Shown here piece after piece: positions 11,860 through 24,186 of a DNA stretch of 64,000 nt. The notes beneath the pieces were generated by a model, which saw nothing but the letters and a program-made list of their open reading frames with translations, searched no databases and was not told the DNA's origin. The stretch is from Vermamoeba vermiformis (taxonomy: Eukaryota): assembly GCA_045837725.1 (NCBI GenBank), contig JBEWZL010000022.1, positions 1 to 64,000 on the forward strand, written 5' to 3'. The number at the start of each line of letters is the position of its first letter. Position 1 is the stretch's first letter. Position numbers and translations under genes: made by a program.

Positions 11860-13170
11860 ATGCAATCCATCCACGTGCGCAACTTATTCACGATCTACTT
11901 CGAATCTACGTATGGCGAGGTGGATCTGCAACTCGAATCCAATGAAAATTTCTTCGGTTTGAAGTTTGGAGATCAACAAATAGAAATGAAGCTCTATTAT
12001 CGCGAAGACGATCTAGCAAGTGAATGGAAGTGCGTACCTGGTATTAAAGCATTCAAGTGGCCCAAAAAAGGTCAAGAAACAAGCGTGCCAACAGATCCGT
12101 CAATGCACCGATTCAATCTTCGGATTGTTGAAGGGATCTTGCACTTCAGGAAGCCAAAATACTTCATTGGATGCGTAGGATTTGCCTCTAATAATCCCGC
12201 CGATCCTGAGCGATTTTCACCGAGTTTTGTTTTGTTGCCTAAGAATAGAAACTCAGGTTCAAACTCGGATTCAGGTAGGATCCATCCGTAAAATAATTAC
12301 TTTAACGGCGTCATAATTATATTATATATAGATGATGCCAAACCTACCTCTCGTGGTGGCTCTTTGCCTTGTCTGGTCGTGAGAGTGGCAGATCAAACGC
12401 TATCAAATCTGACCGAAATAGCGCCCGAGCCGGCAAACTACGACTTGGCAGATGTAAATATGATGCCTATGGAGCTTAATAATTATCAAGTATTAGCTCA
12501 AGGCGATGCTGAGGTCCTTGGAAACTTTCGGGCGCTCAATTTTTATCGCACATCCGACATGCGGATCAAGTTTGACTCTCAGAAATTGACTGATGGTAAG
12601 GGTTAGCAAATTATAAAGCATATTAATATACTAATATATCTACTTACAGTAAATAACGCTGAAAAAGTCGTTTCTGAACTCACTGGGATCCGCTATAAAA
12701 TGTTCGGCTTGAAAAATAAGAAGTTTGTTGGTTATTCCGCCCAGCAAGTCCAACGCATCGTTCCTGAAGCTGTATGCGAACTAAATGGTAAGTATATAAT
12801 AGTATTATATTATATTAATAGAAAATATCGGCAAAAGGGGTAGATGTGATCCAAAAAATACTTTGTGTATCGACCATAAATATAGATTAACGAAATTTCT
12901 ATAGGCCTGTTGCACGTAGATTATACGGCAATTATTCCATACGTCTCGGATGCCGTAAACTTGCATACAAAGGCTCTGAAAAATCAAGCTGAAGATCTCA
13001 AGCAGATTTGCGAGCGTGTAAATAGAATTGAAGCAGGAATATGTGCTTTAAACGATCGTATTGCAAAATTAGAACAAATTAATCAAAAAGGACAAGTTCG
13101 TCAGACGCTAGTCAACTTGCCAATTTGGATCTTTTGTTTTTTGGTTTTGCTTACGATCTCGAAATTGTAA
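11860..13170 (+). CDS. MYRF/MrfA-like protein with peptidase S74 (intramolecular chaperone) domain, coiled coil and C-terminal TM segment; 4 exons
   Basis: ALNFYRTSDMRIK (S-D-x-R-x-K cleavage motif), VGYSAQQVQRIVPEAV, LHVDYTAIIPYVSDAV, heptad coiled coil and hydrophobic tail LPIWIFCFLVLLTISKL; exons ~11860-12274, 12332-12595, 12650-12787, 12905-13170. Confidence 0.8.
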
Positions 13171-14010
13171 TTAGATTGTAAATGTCATTAAGGTGATATT
13201 ATATATTTCACTGAATTCCAAATTCTTAAGGATAAATAAACCAAATCCGACTGATCAAAAATTAATTTAAAAATCACGACGCTCGCTAAAATTTCATTCA
13301 AGCTCAAAAGTCAGCTACGCAAATACCTTACCAACTCAACGTAATTTCAAAAATGCTTAAATGAAAGAAGTAAAATAAATAATTTTGGATGTTAGTTTTA
13401 CCTCGTTTGCACAGGTCCAAGTGTCCGTTATTATCGTGTATACTTGTCATTAAAGCGTTATTTGTACGCCATTGTAGATGTTGATCACTTGTGTATCTGA
13501 AAATAATCGTTACAAATAAAGAAAATGACAAATTATGTCGGGAACAAACCTGGATCGAGGATCTTTACTCAAACAACATAACGAAACAATAATATGAAGG
13601 CACGATATCTTATTTACATAGGTAACGGGACCAATGTTTCCTATTCTCAGATTTTTCTACTAATCGTTGAAAAGCTCATAATTCACGCGTCGAAGCGACC
13701 TACCAACCCAAATTTGCATCTTAATAATATTACCGTAGTACGTATAATCTACTGTATAAAGCACTTCTGCTTTATTTACTGGGGTCTGAAGTTCGTGGGT
13801 AAAATGTGATTCAGAATTGTTTGAGAACAGAAGCAAATTGACACGTGTCATGTCCTGTCGTAAACACATTGTTTTTTTGGACACAGAAGGCAAGTTATAC
13901 TCGGACAGACAAGTCCATTATGAAAGATATGTAAGGCGTCGATGGATATAGTATCTTTTATCAGTTCAAAACATCGAACGAAACTACAACACTAGCTTAA
14001 TAACATCACC

Positions 14011-14290
14011 ATGGCACTTGCATTGAAAAGAGCTCTCGCTGAATGTGAAATCGGCAAAGGTATCACCGGCTTGAACGAAGCTTTGGCCAAGATCAGCCCG
14101 AACTTGAAGGCCACGCTAGACGTTGAGTCAAATTTTTGCTTATATATTTGTGTAGGGCAAAATCAACTGGACCAGCAATAATCAGTGCTTAAGTGTAAAC
14201 CCTTTGATCGAGCAAACTTTAACTCCAACATTCAAAGCGTCATACGGAGTTAATTCTGAAATTACTCACCTCACCTGAGCACGGTAAGAT
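14011..14290 (+). pseudogene. Degenerate paralog of the gene at 52145-52734
   Basis: MALALKRALAECEIGKGITGLNEALAKISPNLKATLDVES aligns with MSLVMRKAIAECEAGNGLKSLNDALKKISATLTASLDIES, followed by a GKINWTS fragment and disrupted sequence. Confidence 0.65.
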
Positions 14291-14581
14291 TACCTAAAAA
14301 AATTGCCTAAAATGGAAAGAAAGAAACGATCAGAGACTTGCAAAAAGCTGTTAATATTGAAGAAACTCCAGTTGACGTAGCGAAAAATAACGGCAACGAA
14401 GTCATAAGTCGTAATTTGTTAAAATACCAAGAAAAACGCCCTCCATTGCGGAGATACACCCGAATAATAATTGATAACAGGCTATTTACATGTTTCAGCG
14501 TTGCAAAATTGAGTATTATACAAAACGTCATTAAATTAATACGTACTATATTTTCGTCTCGTTATTTAAGCGTTATCCTTA

Positions 14582-16312
14582 TTATTCTTTAACTAGGGGT
14601 GAGTTTTCATCTTGCTGATCTTGGTCGTACAAATCGTCAATAAAATCAATTTGCATCTTAGTCTCGTGCTTTGTAGTATAAAAGATGTATACTTCGACCA
14701 TAGATGGTACGATCTAATAAGAAAATTAGCTAAACAAACCTTCAAAATAAAGGATCCGGATTCGCATCCCAAAACTTTTAAAATTTTGCTTTAACATCTC
14801 TTAGCCATATTTAATTATTAATATTAATGTACTTACTTCACAGACGTAATATCCAAGGATCATAAACGTGTGGTCGTCGAAATATCTGCCTGTCAAAGGG
14901 CGGTACGCGAACATGAACACGCGTAACAAGAAAGCTGAGGCAAATACTACTGTCGCGAGTAACATCTATATATATATAGATATTAATTAGCTATTTTCGA
15001 AATATAAAGCAGTAATATTTAGACAAGATCTAGATTTAGAACGGATCCGTAACGCTGGCGATGAATTTTTTTCATTTAAAATTCAAAATATGTTAGATTA
15101 TAATATATATATTATATTATGAGGAAATAGAAGTGGTTTCTTACCCTTAGCAGCTCTTTTCTGAGATCCGGATTCAAGGTGTCAGATCCAGCTCGCATGC
15201 AAATCAATCTAACGCCGTAAAATACGAATCCAAGTGCTATTAAGGCACTCAATCCAACATCTATCCATTGATTGAGGTCGTATAATAAATCCGTTTTGAT
15301 TCTAAGCTCATATAAAATTACGAAGACTATTTGCAAGCTCCATACTATCACGTTTGTAATGAAAAATACGTAGCCTAATAAAAAATATTAAAATTAATAT
15401 TTTTAAAGTAATTTTCATCGTTTTGAATTGACGTACCAAGCTTGGGCATAAAAGTCGTGCTTTCGTAATAATTTTTGTGCGTGATTTCAGCCCTATAATA
15501 TTATGATTATGTCAATAGAGTATATTTAACGATTGCTTTGATTTTAATATACGATTTAAAGTAATTTTTAAACGGGATCCGGATGCACGTACCAATAAAA
15601 CATGATTAACGTAAAAGCTGAATAGAAAAATGCGAAGGCCAATCGATTGAATACAAATGATACTGGTCCAGCCATTTCAAGCGTTTGTAATACTAGCCAT
15701 ATAATACGACCTTAAAAAAAAGTGGATTAGATTTGAATCTGCATCCGATCTGTCCGTTGAACTTACTTGCAAGAAATACCAATAAGAATACTTTAAATAG
15801 ACGCTCTATAATTATAATTTGTGCTACTGGCGTGTCGTCTGTTTCAGTGTCTCGCATGGACGCGTAAGGCGATCGAGTTCTAGCTTGCATCTGTTTCAAA
15901 GTCATTAATTAAAATTTTATTATGATCGCTATTAACTATCTGGTAATATTATAAGGCTTATGTCAAAAAAATATCCTATGATTTTGGATTTGATTTTCAG
16001 GCGCGATATTTTTCTTATGACTTTTACCATTGCTTTTCTGGCCCGCCTTCGTTTCACGGCTTTCCATCCCATTGTAAATATAGCCAATAAACCTATAATA
16101 GAATATTTTAAATAATTATTTCGGATTTCAAATTCAGATCGGATGTGGTAAACAATTAGTAACGCTCGAATAATACCTATCGTGCCATATAGTGTTGCGC
16201 CTATAATATTTGTCAATGGATCAGAATGTGCACGCTCCATGGACGCCATTGGCACGTAAGTTTGGTTGGAAGCTTCGAACTGATCGAAAGAAATTGTTTG
16301 CCTGGCTTCCAT
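14582..16312 (-). CDS. Multi-pass membrane protein, THH1/TOM1/TOM3-like (GPCR-like), multi-exon
   Basis: About seven hydrophobic segments across exons; FVFNRLAFAFFYSAFTLIMFYW and FLLRVFMFAY resemble TOM1-family motifs; last exon ends DENSPLVKE* at 14582. Confidence 0.65.
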
Positions 16313-16812
16313 TATAATAATATTACAACAATTATATGTATTTACAAAAGCTAGATTATCAAATTTTAGAGCGCATCTGTTGCCACATCCGCGCTGTTTC
16401 TAAACTTTTGCAAACAAAGATTTGTTTCATTTTTCATTGAACGAAAACTCAAAGCACGAGTAGTCAATATTTTGTAATTACTGTTATGTGCATAATATAA
16501 GCTATTTATTGACGTATAAAGAGAGTGCTTCTGAAGCTTGTGCGCCTGTCTGTCCGTCCCATCTGGTTGCTGTTTGGCCAGACCATTAGTTTTCTAGCCA
16601 ATAATAATATTTCACCTTATTAATATTAATCCATACAACGCATTACAAGTATAAACGGCAACAAAGGTAAAGCTAAAAAGATCTATATTTACGCTTCATT
16701 TTCTTCGGTCCAGATCTGATTGTTATTAGCATTAAACTTAATAATAAAAATGAGCACAATATTTATGTTCTAATTACAGAAATGTAACTCAGATCTAACA
16801 ACATTTTTCCAG

Positions 16813-18561
16813 ATGAGGCCTGCTTCTCCGTTCCAAATTGATCCCTATTCTCCCTACGATGATTTTTCAATATCAAAAGAGCGTACAGTATTTATTGCAA
16901 AGTATTGGACGGTATCACAGCTGCAAGCACACGTCGACAAGATGCGATCAATCGAAGAATTAACAATTAATGCTATTCGCGGCGACGATACGTTATATTC
17001 AAAGACCAAATTTATATTAAATCACTCAACTTTGAGAACGCTCGAGATCTCGTTTTCCGACGGGATCGAAGGAAGATCAATTGAACCTGAACAAATGCAG
17101 ACGTTGGCAACGTGTCTAAGCAGCCATAAGTCATTGAAAAAATTCATATTATATAACGAGAAGATTTCAAACTTTAAGGATAAGCAAACAGCCGAAATCT
17201 TGGCGAAAGGAATCAACGCATCGAATCTACAATTTGTGGGGTTTGTTAACCTACCTGAATTCGCCTTCGACGCATTATTCGATATATTATCAACAAATAG
17301 AACATTACGACAGCTTTATTTGGGCGGTGTAAATGGATTTGGATCTCGCCTTGACAGATTCGTTTTAGAGAGTAATATTACCAAGCTACAAATACGAACA
17401 CCAGTAAGAAAAGATGAAATAGCATCACTATTCAATATTTTACGCAATACAACAAGATTAGAATTATTTGAGCTGAAGATTAAAGAATGGCCCGAAAATT
17501 TTGCCGAGATCTGCAGCGCTATAGCCGAGAATAAGTCATTAAAAACGCTAATATTCGAATCAATGTGCCTAAATAAGGATAGTAATGAGCGATTGCTATT
17601 AATATTATCAGCAGTTAAAAATCATTCCACGATACAGTCATTCAAGATCGGAGAAATTAATAGCGAAGGATTGACTATAATTGCAAAGCATTTATTAGAA
17701 AATAACACTAGTAACAAATTAAGGTCATTGGCTATTAATAGACCAGAATATGACGTTTACCCGAACGCACAAGTTTTAGATGTCGAACACTGGAAATTCT
17801 TTTCAGAAAAATTAGCAACAAATACAACATTGAAACATTTATTTCTCGGAAAATTTTCGCTAACAAAAAGCGGTCACGCATATCATCCAGCATTCATCCA
17901 GGCACTAATTCAAAATACGACACTTTTGACACTTGACACTTTTCCAAATAGCACGATCGATCATCACGGAATAATGAACTTATTATGCAATAATAAGACA
18001 TTGAAAACATTGGCATTGAAACAAACGTACGTGGCAACAGATTTGACGAGCCTTTACGAAGCAATTATGCAAAATCAAAGTTTGACGAGTTTAGATATTT
18101 CAGAAATGCTTTATCACTTTAAAGAAGAACCAAAATTAGGAGAATTTTTCGGAAAATTAATTATGAATAATACAAGATTGAAAGAACTAAAATGCACCGG
18201 GATCTTTGACCGACCACGAGGCGCACCACAATATTACAAACAAATCGTGCAACGCCTTAAATATAATCAATCATTGCTTAGATTAGATTTACTACGGAAA
18301 TCAAAAACGCGACAGGAATCAGAAGAAAAAATTATAGCGGATGTGTTTAGCGAAAACAAAACACTTGTCAAATTCAATGATGAAGCTATTCAATATAGAA
18401 ACGATTGGTATTTAAAACGAAATAGAGAGTATATATTAGACGCAGTAGTATTGTTGCATAATATATTTCGAGATGAACGTCGCCTTTTGCCGAAGGAGAT
18501 CTGGCTTCAAATTTTACAGCAAATCGGAATAATGTCTCTAGCAATAGAAAAAATCACATAG
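16813..18561 (+). CDS. Ribonuclease-inhibitor-type LRR protein with C-terminal F-box-like motif
   Basis: 582-aa ORF with repeated N.TL..L.L units; ends LLPKEIWLQILQQI. Confidence 0.8.
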   Translation: MRPASPFQIDPYSPYDDFSISKERTVFIAKYWTVSQLQAHVDKMRSIEELTINAIRGDDTLYSKTKFILNHSTLRTLEISFSDGIEGRSIEPEQMQTLATCLSSHKSLKKFILYNEKISNFKDKQTAEILAKGINASNLQFVGFVNLPEFAFDALFDILSTNRTLRQLYLGGVNGFGSRLDRFVLESNITKLQIRTPVRKDEIASLFNILRNTTRLELFELKIKEWPENFAEICSAIAENKSLKTLIFESMCLNKDSNERLLLILSAVKNHSTIQSFKIGEINSEGLTIIAKHLLENNTSNKLRSLAINRPEYDVYPNAQVLDVEHWKFFSEKLATNTTLKHLFLGKFSLTKSGHAYHPAFIQALIQNTTLLTLDTFPNSTIDHHGIMNLLCNNKTLKTLALKQTYVATDLTSLYEAIMQNQSLTSLDISEMLYHFKEEPKLGEFFGKLIMNNTRLKELKCTGIFDRPRGAPQYYKQIVQRLKYNQSLLRLDLLRKSKTRQESEEKIIADVFSENKTLVKFNDEAIQYRNDWYLKRNREYILDAVVLLHNIFRDERRLLPKEIWLQILQQIGIMSLAIEKIT

Positions 18562-18664
18562 TAACATTTAATAATAAATTTTATTTAAAAAAGCCCTTTG
18601 CACATCAATACAAATAATCCTACCCTGGATCTTACCAGTTTAATTCTTTTTAGTAAAGGGTAAT

Positions 18665-20296
18665 TTATTTATATTTTTTAAATATATTCCGTGCCAGTTT
18701 TTCAAACGATTTTATGCCAGGATAACGCAAGTGCTTAAACACGTTGATCCAGATCTCGATCGGCAACTTCGCATTCAAACTGAACGGATCACGTGCTATA
18801 TTATGAATGATTATAGCAGTATTTGCTCGCATCTCGCTTTGATATTTGATATTTCGGTCACAATATTTTGATGCTGAAACATCCCACATTGATAACGAAC
18901 GTAACGCATAATTAACGTCAAATAACGCCTTAATCTCTTCATCAGCGTCTAACATTACGCAATTATTATCATTAAGGTCAACTCCGAAACCAGTTAATGT
19001 GTCGTTGTGTTCCAGCCACTTCAACATGCCGGATCCAATATATTCGGACTCATATTGTCCGATAACAAAAAGCATTTCCAAATTTGTATTTTTCTTGATG
19101 AATTCTTTGAGCCATCCAAATATGGAAATTTTGGTGTCCGTGTCTTTGAGAAAAAGTGTCGTCAAACTTGGATGCGTTTCCAGAACCGAGCTCAAATAAC
19201 TAAATGTGTCTTTATCCACGTTGCGTTGCGTTAAATATAGTCTGTCTATTGTATTGTTGATTTTCAATCCGTCCGCGAGAGATCTACATCCGGCATTGGT
19301 GCAGATCGGAATATAAAGTCTGCTCAGGTTCTTATTTGATCGTAGCATATCGTGTAAAAATATTGGATTTAAATGTGTCAAGTCAATGTCGCTTAAATTA
19401 AGCTCCGTTAATGACGTCATTTTGAAAATTGGTTCTGGAACGGATGTGAAATTATTTCTCGACAGATCCAATTCAGTTATCGTTCGATTTGATTTCAATG
19501 CATCAGCAATTTGTATAATATCATAATCGCCCATGTGTATATTAAGATTTAGACTAGTAATCGAAGAATTGGATCCGATACAGTCTGCCAAGATCTTAAC
19601 AACGGATGTGTCTAACGGAGGCCTTTCAATATGTAATGTTTGTAATGTAGTATTGACTTTCAATCCGTTGAATATACTGCGAATAATATCATCGTGTAAT
19701 GTGCCTAATGGAGCTCTATAGGAGATCAGCTGCAAAGTTTTGATCGATTTGTTTTCTTCAAAAACACCGTTCAATAGTCTCCATGACTCTAAATGATCGT
19801 GTATATGTAGGTTACATATCGATCTGCTCGATTTTAAGGCTGCATTTACGTGTTGAAGTTCATCCGCATCCACATCCAAAACTAATTCTCGAATTTCTAG
19901 AGTTTGCAAATTTGTGAGTGCATTAATAGCTTCTCCGAACATCTTTGCAGTTTCTTTCGTTATTTGCAGCCTTGAAAATGCTAATTCCGTCAAATTACTG
20001 CCAAATTTCAATCCGCCCAGAAAACGGTTGATAAATTGTGGTTCCGTTGAACATTGCCAAATGATATGTAGTTTCGTTAATATTGTATGTCTCTTTATAA
20101 ATTCTTCGAGCCAAATTAGAGTCTCTTCTTCAAGCACGAGCGTATACAAAAAGTTTAACGTGGGACTTGTAATTAATTTTTCTTGCAGCATTTTGAATTG
20201 ATCTTGGTTCGACTCTAAAATATAAAATTCGTCGAATATTAATTTCACTGGCATAGCCTGGAGATCCATATTTGCCAGTTGATACGTGTTAGTCAC
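18665..20296 (-). CDS. Ribonuclease-inhibitor-type LRR protein with C-terminal F-box-like motif (5' exon(s) probably further upstream)
   Basis: 543-aa ORF with IADALKSNRTITELDLSRN-type repeats; ends KLPIEIWINVFKHL. Confidence 0.8.
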   Translation of the reverse strand: MTNTYQLANMDLQAMPVKLIFDEFYILESNQDQFKMLQEKLITSPTLNFLYTLVLEEETLIWLEEFIKRHTILTKLHIIWQCSTEPQFINRFLGGLKFGSNLTELAFSRLQITKETAKMFGEAINALTNLQTLEIRELVLDVDADELQHVNAALKSSRSICNLHIHDHLESWRLLNGVFEENKSIKTLQLISYRAPLGTLHDDIIRSIFNGLKVNTTLQTLHIERPPLDTSVVKILADCIGSNSSITSLNLNIHMGDYDIIQIADALKSNRTITELDLSRNNFTSVPEPIFKMTSLTELNLSDIDLTHLNPIFLHDMLRSNKNLSRLYIPICTNAGCRSLADGLKINNTIDRLYLTQRNVDKDTFSYLSSVLETHPSLTTLFLKDTDTKISIFGWLKEFIKKNTNLEMLFVIGQYESEYIGSGMLKWLEHNDTLTGFGVDLNDNNCVMLDADEEIKALFDVNYALRSLSMWDVSASKYCDRNIKYQSEMRANTAIIIHNIARDPFSLNAKLPIEIWINVFKHLRYPGIKSFEKLARNIFKKYK

Positions 20297-20800
20297 CAGA
20301 TGCTAAATCCAAAAAAAAATTTAGAAAGCTATAATCTATGAGAGTAAATTAATTACATTGCATAGTACTAACCTCTTTGCATGCTCGGCAATAATAATAC
20401 TCGCCTTCTTTGGGCACAAAAGACTTGCAATCCGGACACTCGATCAGATCTTGGGCTTAAAAGTGGCAAATTAATTGATATAATATGCATATTAAATAAG
20501 AAAAATATTGATGTTTATTAAAAATTGAAATAATAATAATAATTGTTTTTTTAAGTGATAATTATCGAAGAATAGAAGTCTTTGATCGTATTACCTTCAC
20601 TCATTTTGTGTTCAATAATAATCGTATCAGATCTCGAATTGAATTCCTTTTGTTGTGCTGAACGTTGATCGTTGTTACAGAGATTTCTTTTTCTTTCTGA
20701 ATTTGGTCTTGGTTCTTCCTCCGAAAAGTTTCTTTTGAGATCAAAGGCGAACCGGTACATTATTCTAAACTTAACGAGAATAATCAATAGTACTACACAA

Positions 20801-21121
20801 ATGCAACACACTATTTTTGCCGTTATTGCGCTGGTTCTGGTCTGCATTGGCTCCTCGATCTCGCAAACGCTTCCAACCAAAACTTGTGTTGACTGTGAGC
20901 TTACTGCAAGTGGATTAGAAACAAGTTTGGACTTAAATCCTAAAATTACATACTTCCAAGCGGCTGAATTTGCGTCAGAAACCTGCGTTCTTGAATGCGA
21001 ATCTTGCCACGTGAGATGCGACGCAGTTTTGGATAAAGTTGGACCACAATTATTCGACATTATACGAAACGGTACCAAAAACCCGCATGCCGCGTGTAAA
21101 CTTGTCGGTTTATGTCAATAA
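20801..21121 (+). CDS. Secreted saposin-like (SAPLIP/amoebapore-type) protein
   Basis: Signal peptide MQHTIFAVIALVLVCIGSSIS, then CxxC...C...C...P..ACKLVGLC saposin B cysteine pattern. Confidence 0.8.
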   Translation: MQHTIFAVIALVLVCIGSSISQTLPTKTCVDCELTASGLETSLDLNPKITYFQAAEFASETCVLECESCHVRCDAVLDKVGPQLFDIIRNGTKNPHAACKLVGLCQ

Positions 21122-21401
21122 AAAATATTTTCTAATTATTAAAATTAATTAATTAACTCCTGATGATTTCTGCGATGTCTAAAAGTGTAAAAATAATTCT
21201 ATAAATAGCGTACTATGATACGATGATTATTGGAGGAGTTCAGTGTTCATAGTTGAGTGCGAAAGTCGGAAAATAAAGAAAGTGCACGAATTTTAAATTG
21301 TTGTTTCCCGTTCAGTCTTACAGTCTTACCCACACGTCGTATTATTGTTATTATTCATGAAGTAAGCTCGAGGCGTAAGACTATTGAAATAACGTCGGAG
21401 A

Positions 21402-23310
21402 ATGGATCGTCAATCTGTGGACGACGCTAGCAATTCTGAGTCAAATCAGCACGCGCAAGGGCCTTCAAAAAATTCAATAAATAAAAGAACAAATATAGCC
21501 AAAGCGCCAGCGTGTGATTTTTGCAACAAAAGGAAGATCAAGTGCGATGGGCAGCTTCCTTGCTTTCAATGCAAAAAAAGAAATTTGCAATGCCAATATG
21601 AACGACAACCAGTTAGTAAAGAAGAGAAAATGAAGAGAAGATTGGATAATCCCGAATATTTAAAGCAAAAAATGGAAGCTTTGAAGATCGAGCTAGAAAA
21701 TCAAAAGAACATTTCAGCTTATTGGAAACAAAAATATCAAGAAGCCACGAACGGAGATTTAGTTAGTCAGCTTTTAACACGAAAGCCCCGATTTAAAGAA
21801 GAGACTTTGACATTTTGTTCGCAAACTGAATCCGCGATCACCTCCGTCTTTAGCGCGGTGTATGCAATAGTAGAACCATTTTTGCCGAGTTACCCACGTG
21901 AATATTCACTCGAATATGCCACAACATTATGGATCAAATGCATGGATAAAATTCCTGAGGATTTTGTTCCTTCCATCCGCTCTTCAGATGCAGAAACAAT
22001 CGTTAAAATGTCAGAATACTGCTCTCTATTTGCTATGGGTACGAAAAATATTCGAATGAACCTTATATAGTTATTGACACTCGTAAAATAGGCTCGCGTG
22101 CCTTAGGTATTTTGGATTTGTCAGAACATTTCCAAAGTATCTCGCAATCGCTTCTATTAATAGCAATACTCGAGCTAAATGCACAAGAGAACGCAGCTAT
22201 ATGCAACCACTTAGCAATGGCGCTCATCCATCTTCTTATTTACTTCGTTATTAGCGGCCGGTACGTCGCGATCCGAACGTTGATTTCAGCGACTCTCGGG
22301 TTCTTAGACAATATAGAACAATACGTTCACGAAGCTCCTCTCGACCTGTAAGTATCATTATAATATGAGGTCTATATAACTTACTCATTCTTCAGACTTT
22401 ACTCTGTTTTATGCATCACCGCAATGGATCCGCTGCAACGAGTACTTTGGGCCAAAAAGCTGAATTTGAATGCCTCCGTAACAGTACGTTATATGTTAAT
22501 ACTATTATAATTCAATATCTTGAACTAACCCTTGCTTTTTTGATTTTTTAGGATCCTCGTACAATCATCATCAGCGGGTTCGTTACCTGCATTGGTGCCA
22601 TGCTATTGCCTGAATTCAATTTTACTGAAGTAGATCTAACGTAAGTACTAGCACACGTATATAGTATTAAGAGTGCTGGATCAGCTTCAAACAGATTTGA
22701 TACTTCGATCCAGGTTTGGACCCGTCTGTGTTGCAGACGATTCATTATTTATTAAAGTACGCTTTCTTTAGATACTTACTATTATTTTTGTAGGCCTATT
22801 CGACTAAAAATAGTCGAAATTGAACCTCTCGTGGATGCAGTCGAGGATTTGGACCTCAAAACAAATTTCGAGTTATTTTTGAATTTGATGAAAGCAGCGT
22901 GCTCATTACAAGATCCAGAACAACTATTATTGCATATTAATAACGTTGTTGAAAGCTTTCAAAAACTTAAGCGAGTCGAATCCAGGCTTTGGATCACGAG
23001 CGTAATCGACTACGTTTTATATCTGCTATCACGATATCAAAATCAAGATAGATTGAATTTCTTTTGGACGATTAGAAACGAATTACAACGAGTTCTGGGA
23101 ATTTCAGAAAACAAATCTGCTACCAACGCTGCTCCTAATAATAACGGTAATGACAATAATAGCAATAGCAATGATAGTCCTCAACCATATCAATCACCGG
23201 AAGATATTGCTCCTGCATTCTCGGGCTTCAATTTCAACGAATTTTTGACGAACGAAACTGGTCCTAGTTTGCCTGACGATTTAACGACTGATTTCAACGA
23301 TTTAATGTAA
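21402..23310 (+). CDS. Zn(II)2Cys6 binuclear cluster transcription factor, multi-exon
   Basis: ACDFCNKRKIKCDGQLPCFQCKKRNLQCQY matches CxxCx6Cx5CxxCx6C, followed by a coiled coil; Asn-rich/acidic C-terminus. Confidence 0.88.
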
Positions 23311-24186
23311 GAACGAATGCGCGCATATCAACTATAGTGGCCTATACTCCTGTAAATACTAATGTAAATATACGAACATTACAACGAAATCAAACCGTTC
23401 AAAACAACTGCAACATCGGTTAGATCCGCCTGTCCAAAAAGGTACGGCAAATCACAAAAATGGTATTAAATTTGCCTATTAAAGTAGTATAGGGCCTATT
23501 AGTTTTCTAACCTTTTTAGTTTGTAGGTGGATTAAAAACCATTCTTCGCTTTCAAATAATTTGGAAATCTGAACAAGCTAAGTATGCCCTTAATAATATA
23601 TTATTATTACAACGGAATTTAAAAATTGCCAAAGTGGCTTCGCGGCATTACAAGCAAAACGAAAAATTAGATTTTTCTTTTTCAGCCGCAGCGACGAATT
23701 TAAAATTTAGTTAATACAGGCTTACTTGAAAGTATATCAATTGTTAAACTATTTATATCATTTTGTTTTTGTTCTCGTCGCGCTAATTATTATCAAAAAA
23801 ATACGGATACTTCTTTAAATTGAGCTTTACGATCGCTCTCTATCTTAAGTAGCGTAACAAGTCAAGAGGATATATATTGGTCCAAGCATCAGTATATTGG
23901 GCACACGCGTTGGCCCGTAAAAAACCCACGCAAAAACAAACTTGCCAAATTTAGAAATTGCACTTATTTTTTGATCCAAAAAAACATGAGTACTGAAAGC
24001 TCTTTCTCAATCAAACATGATCGATCACTAGTGCATGACTGATAAATGTACAAGTATAATAGAGTTTCCTCTTATTTTCGCCTGTTGATTTTAGGCGACT
24101 TTGTAACGAGAATTTGAGTTCTGCTTTATTTTCTTCGTAGCTATTTATAATTACGCTCAGTCCGCAACACCTCGCCTTAGTAGAAT

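Noticed and set aside
20551-21078. 175-aa minus-strand ORF and the 5' extension of ORF 20672..21121
   Set aside because: Shadow of the saposin gene; the ATG at 20801 gives a clean signal peptide.
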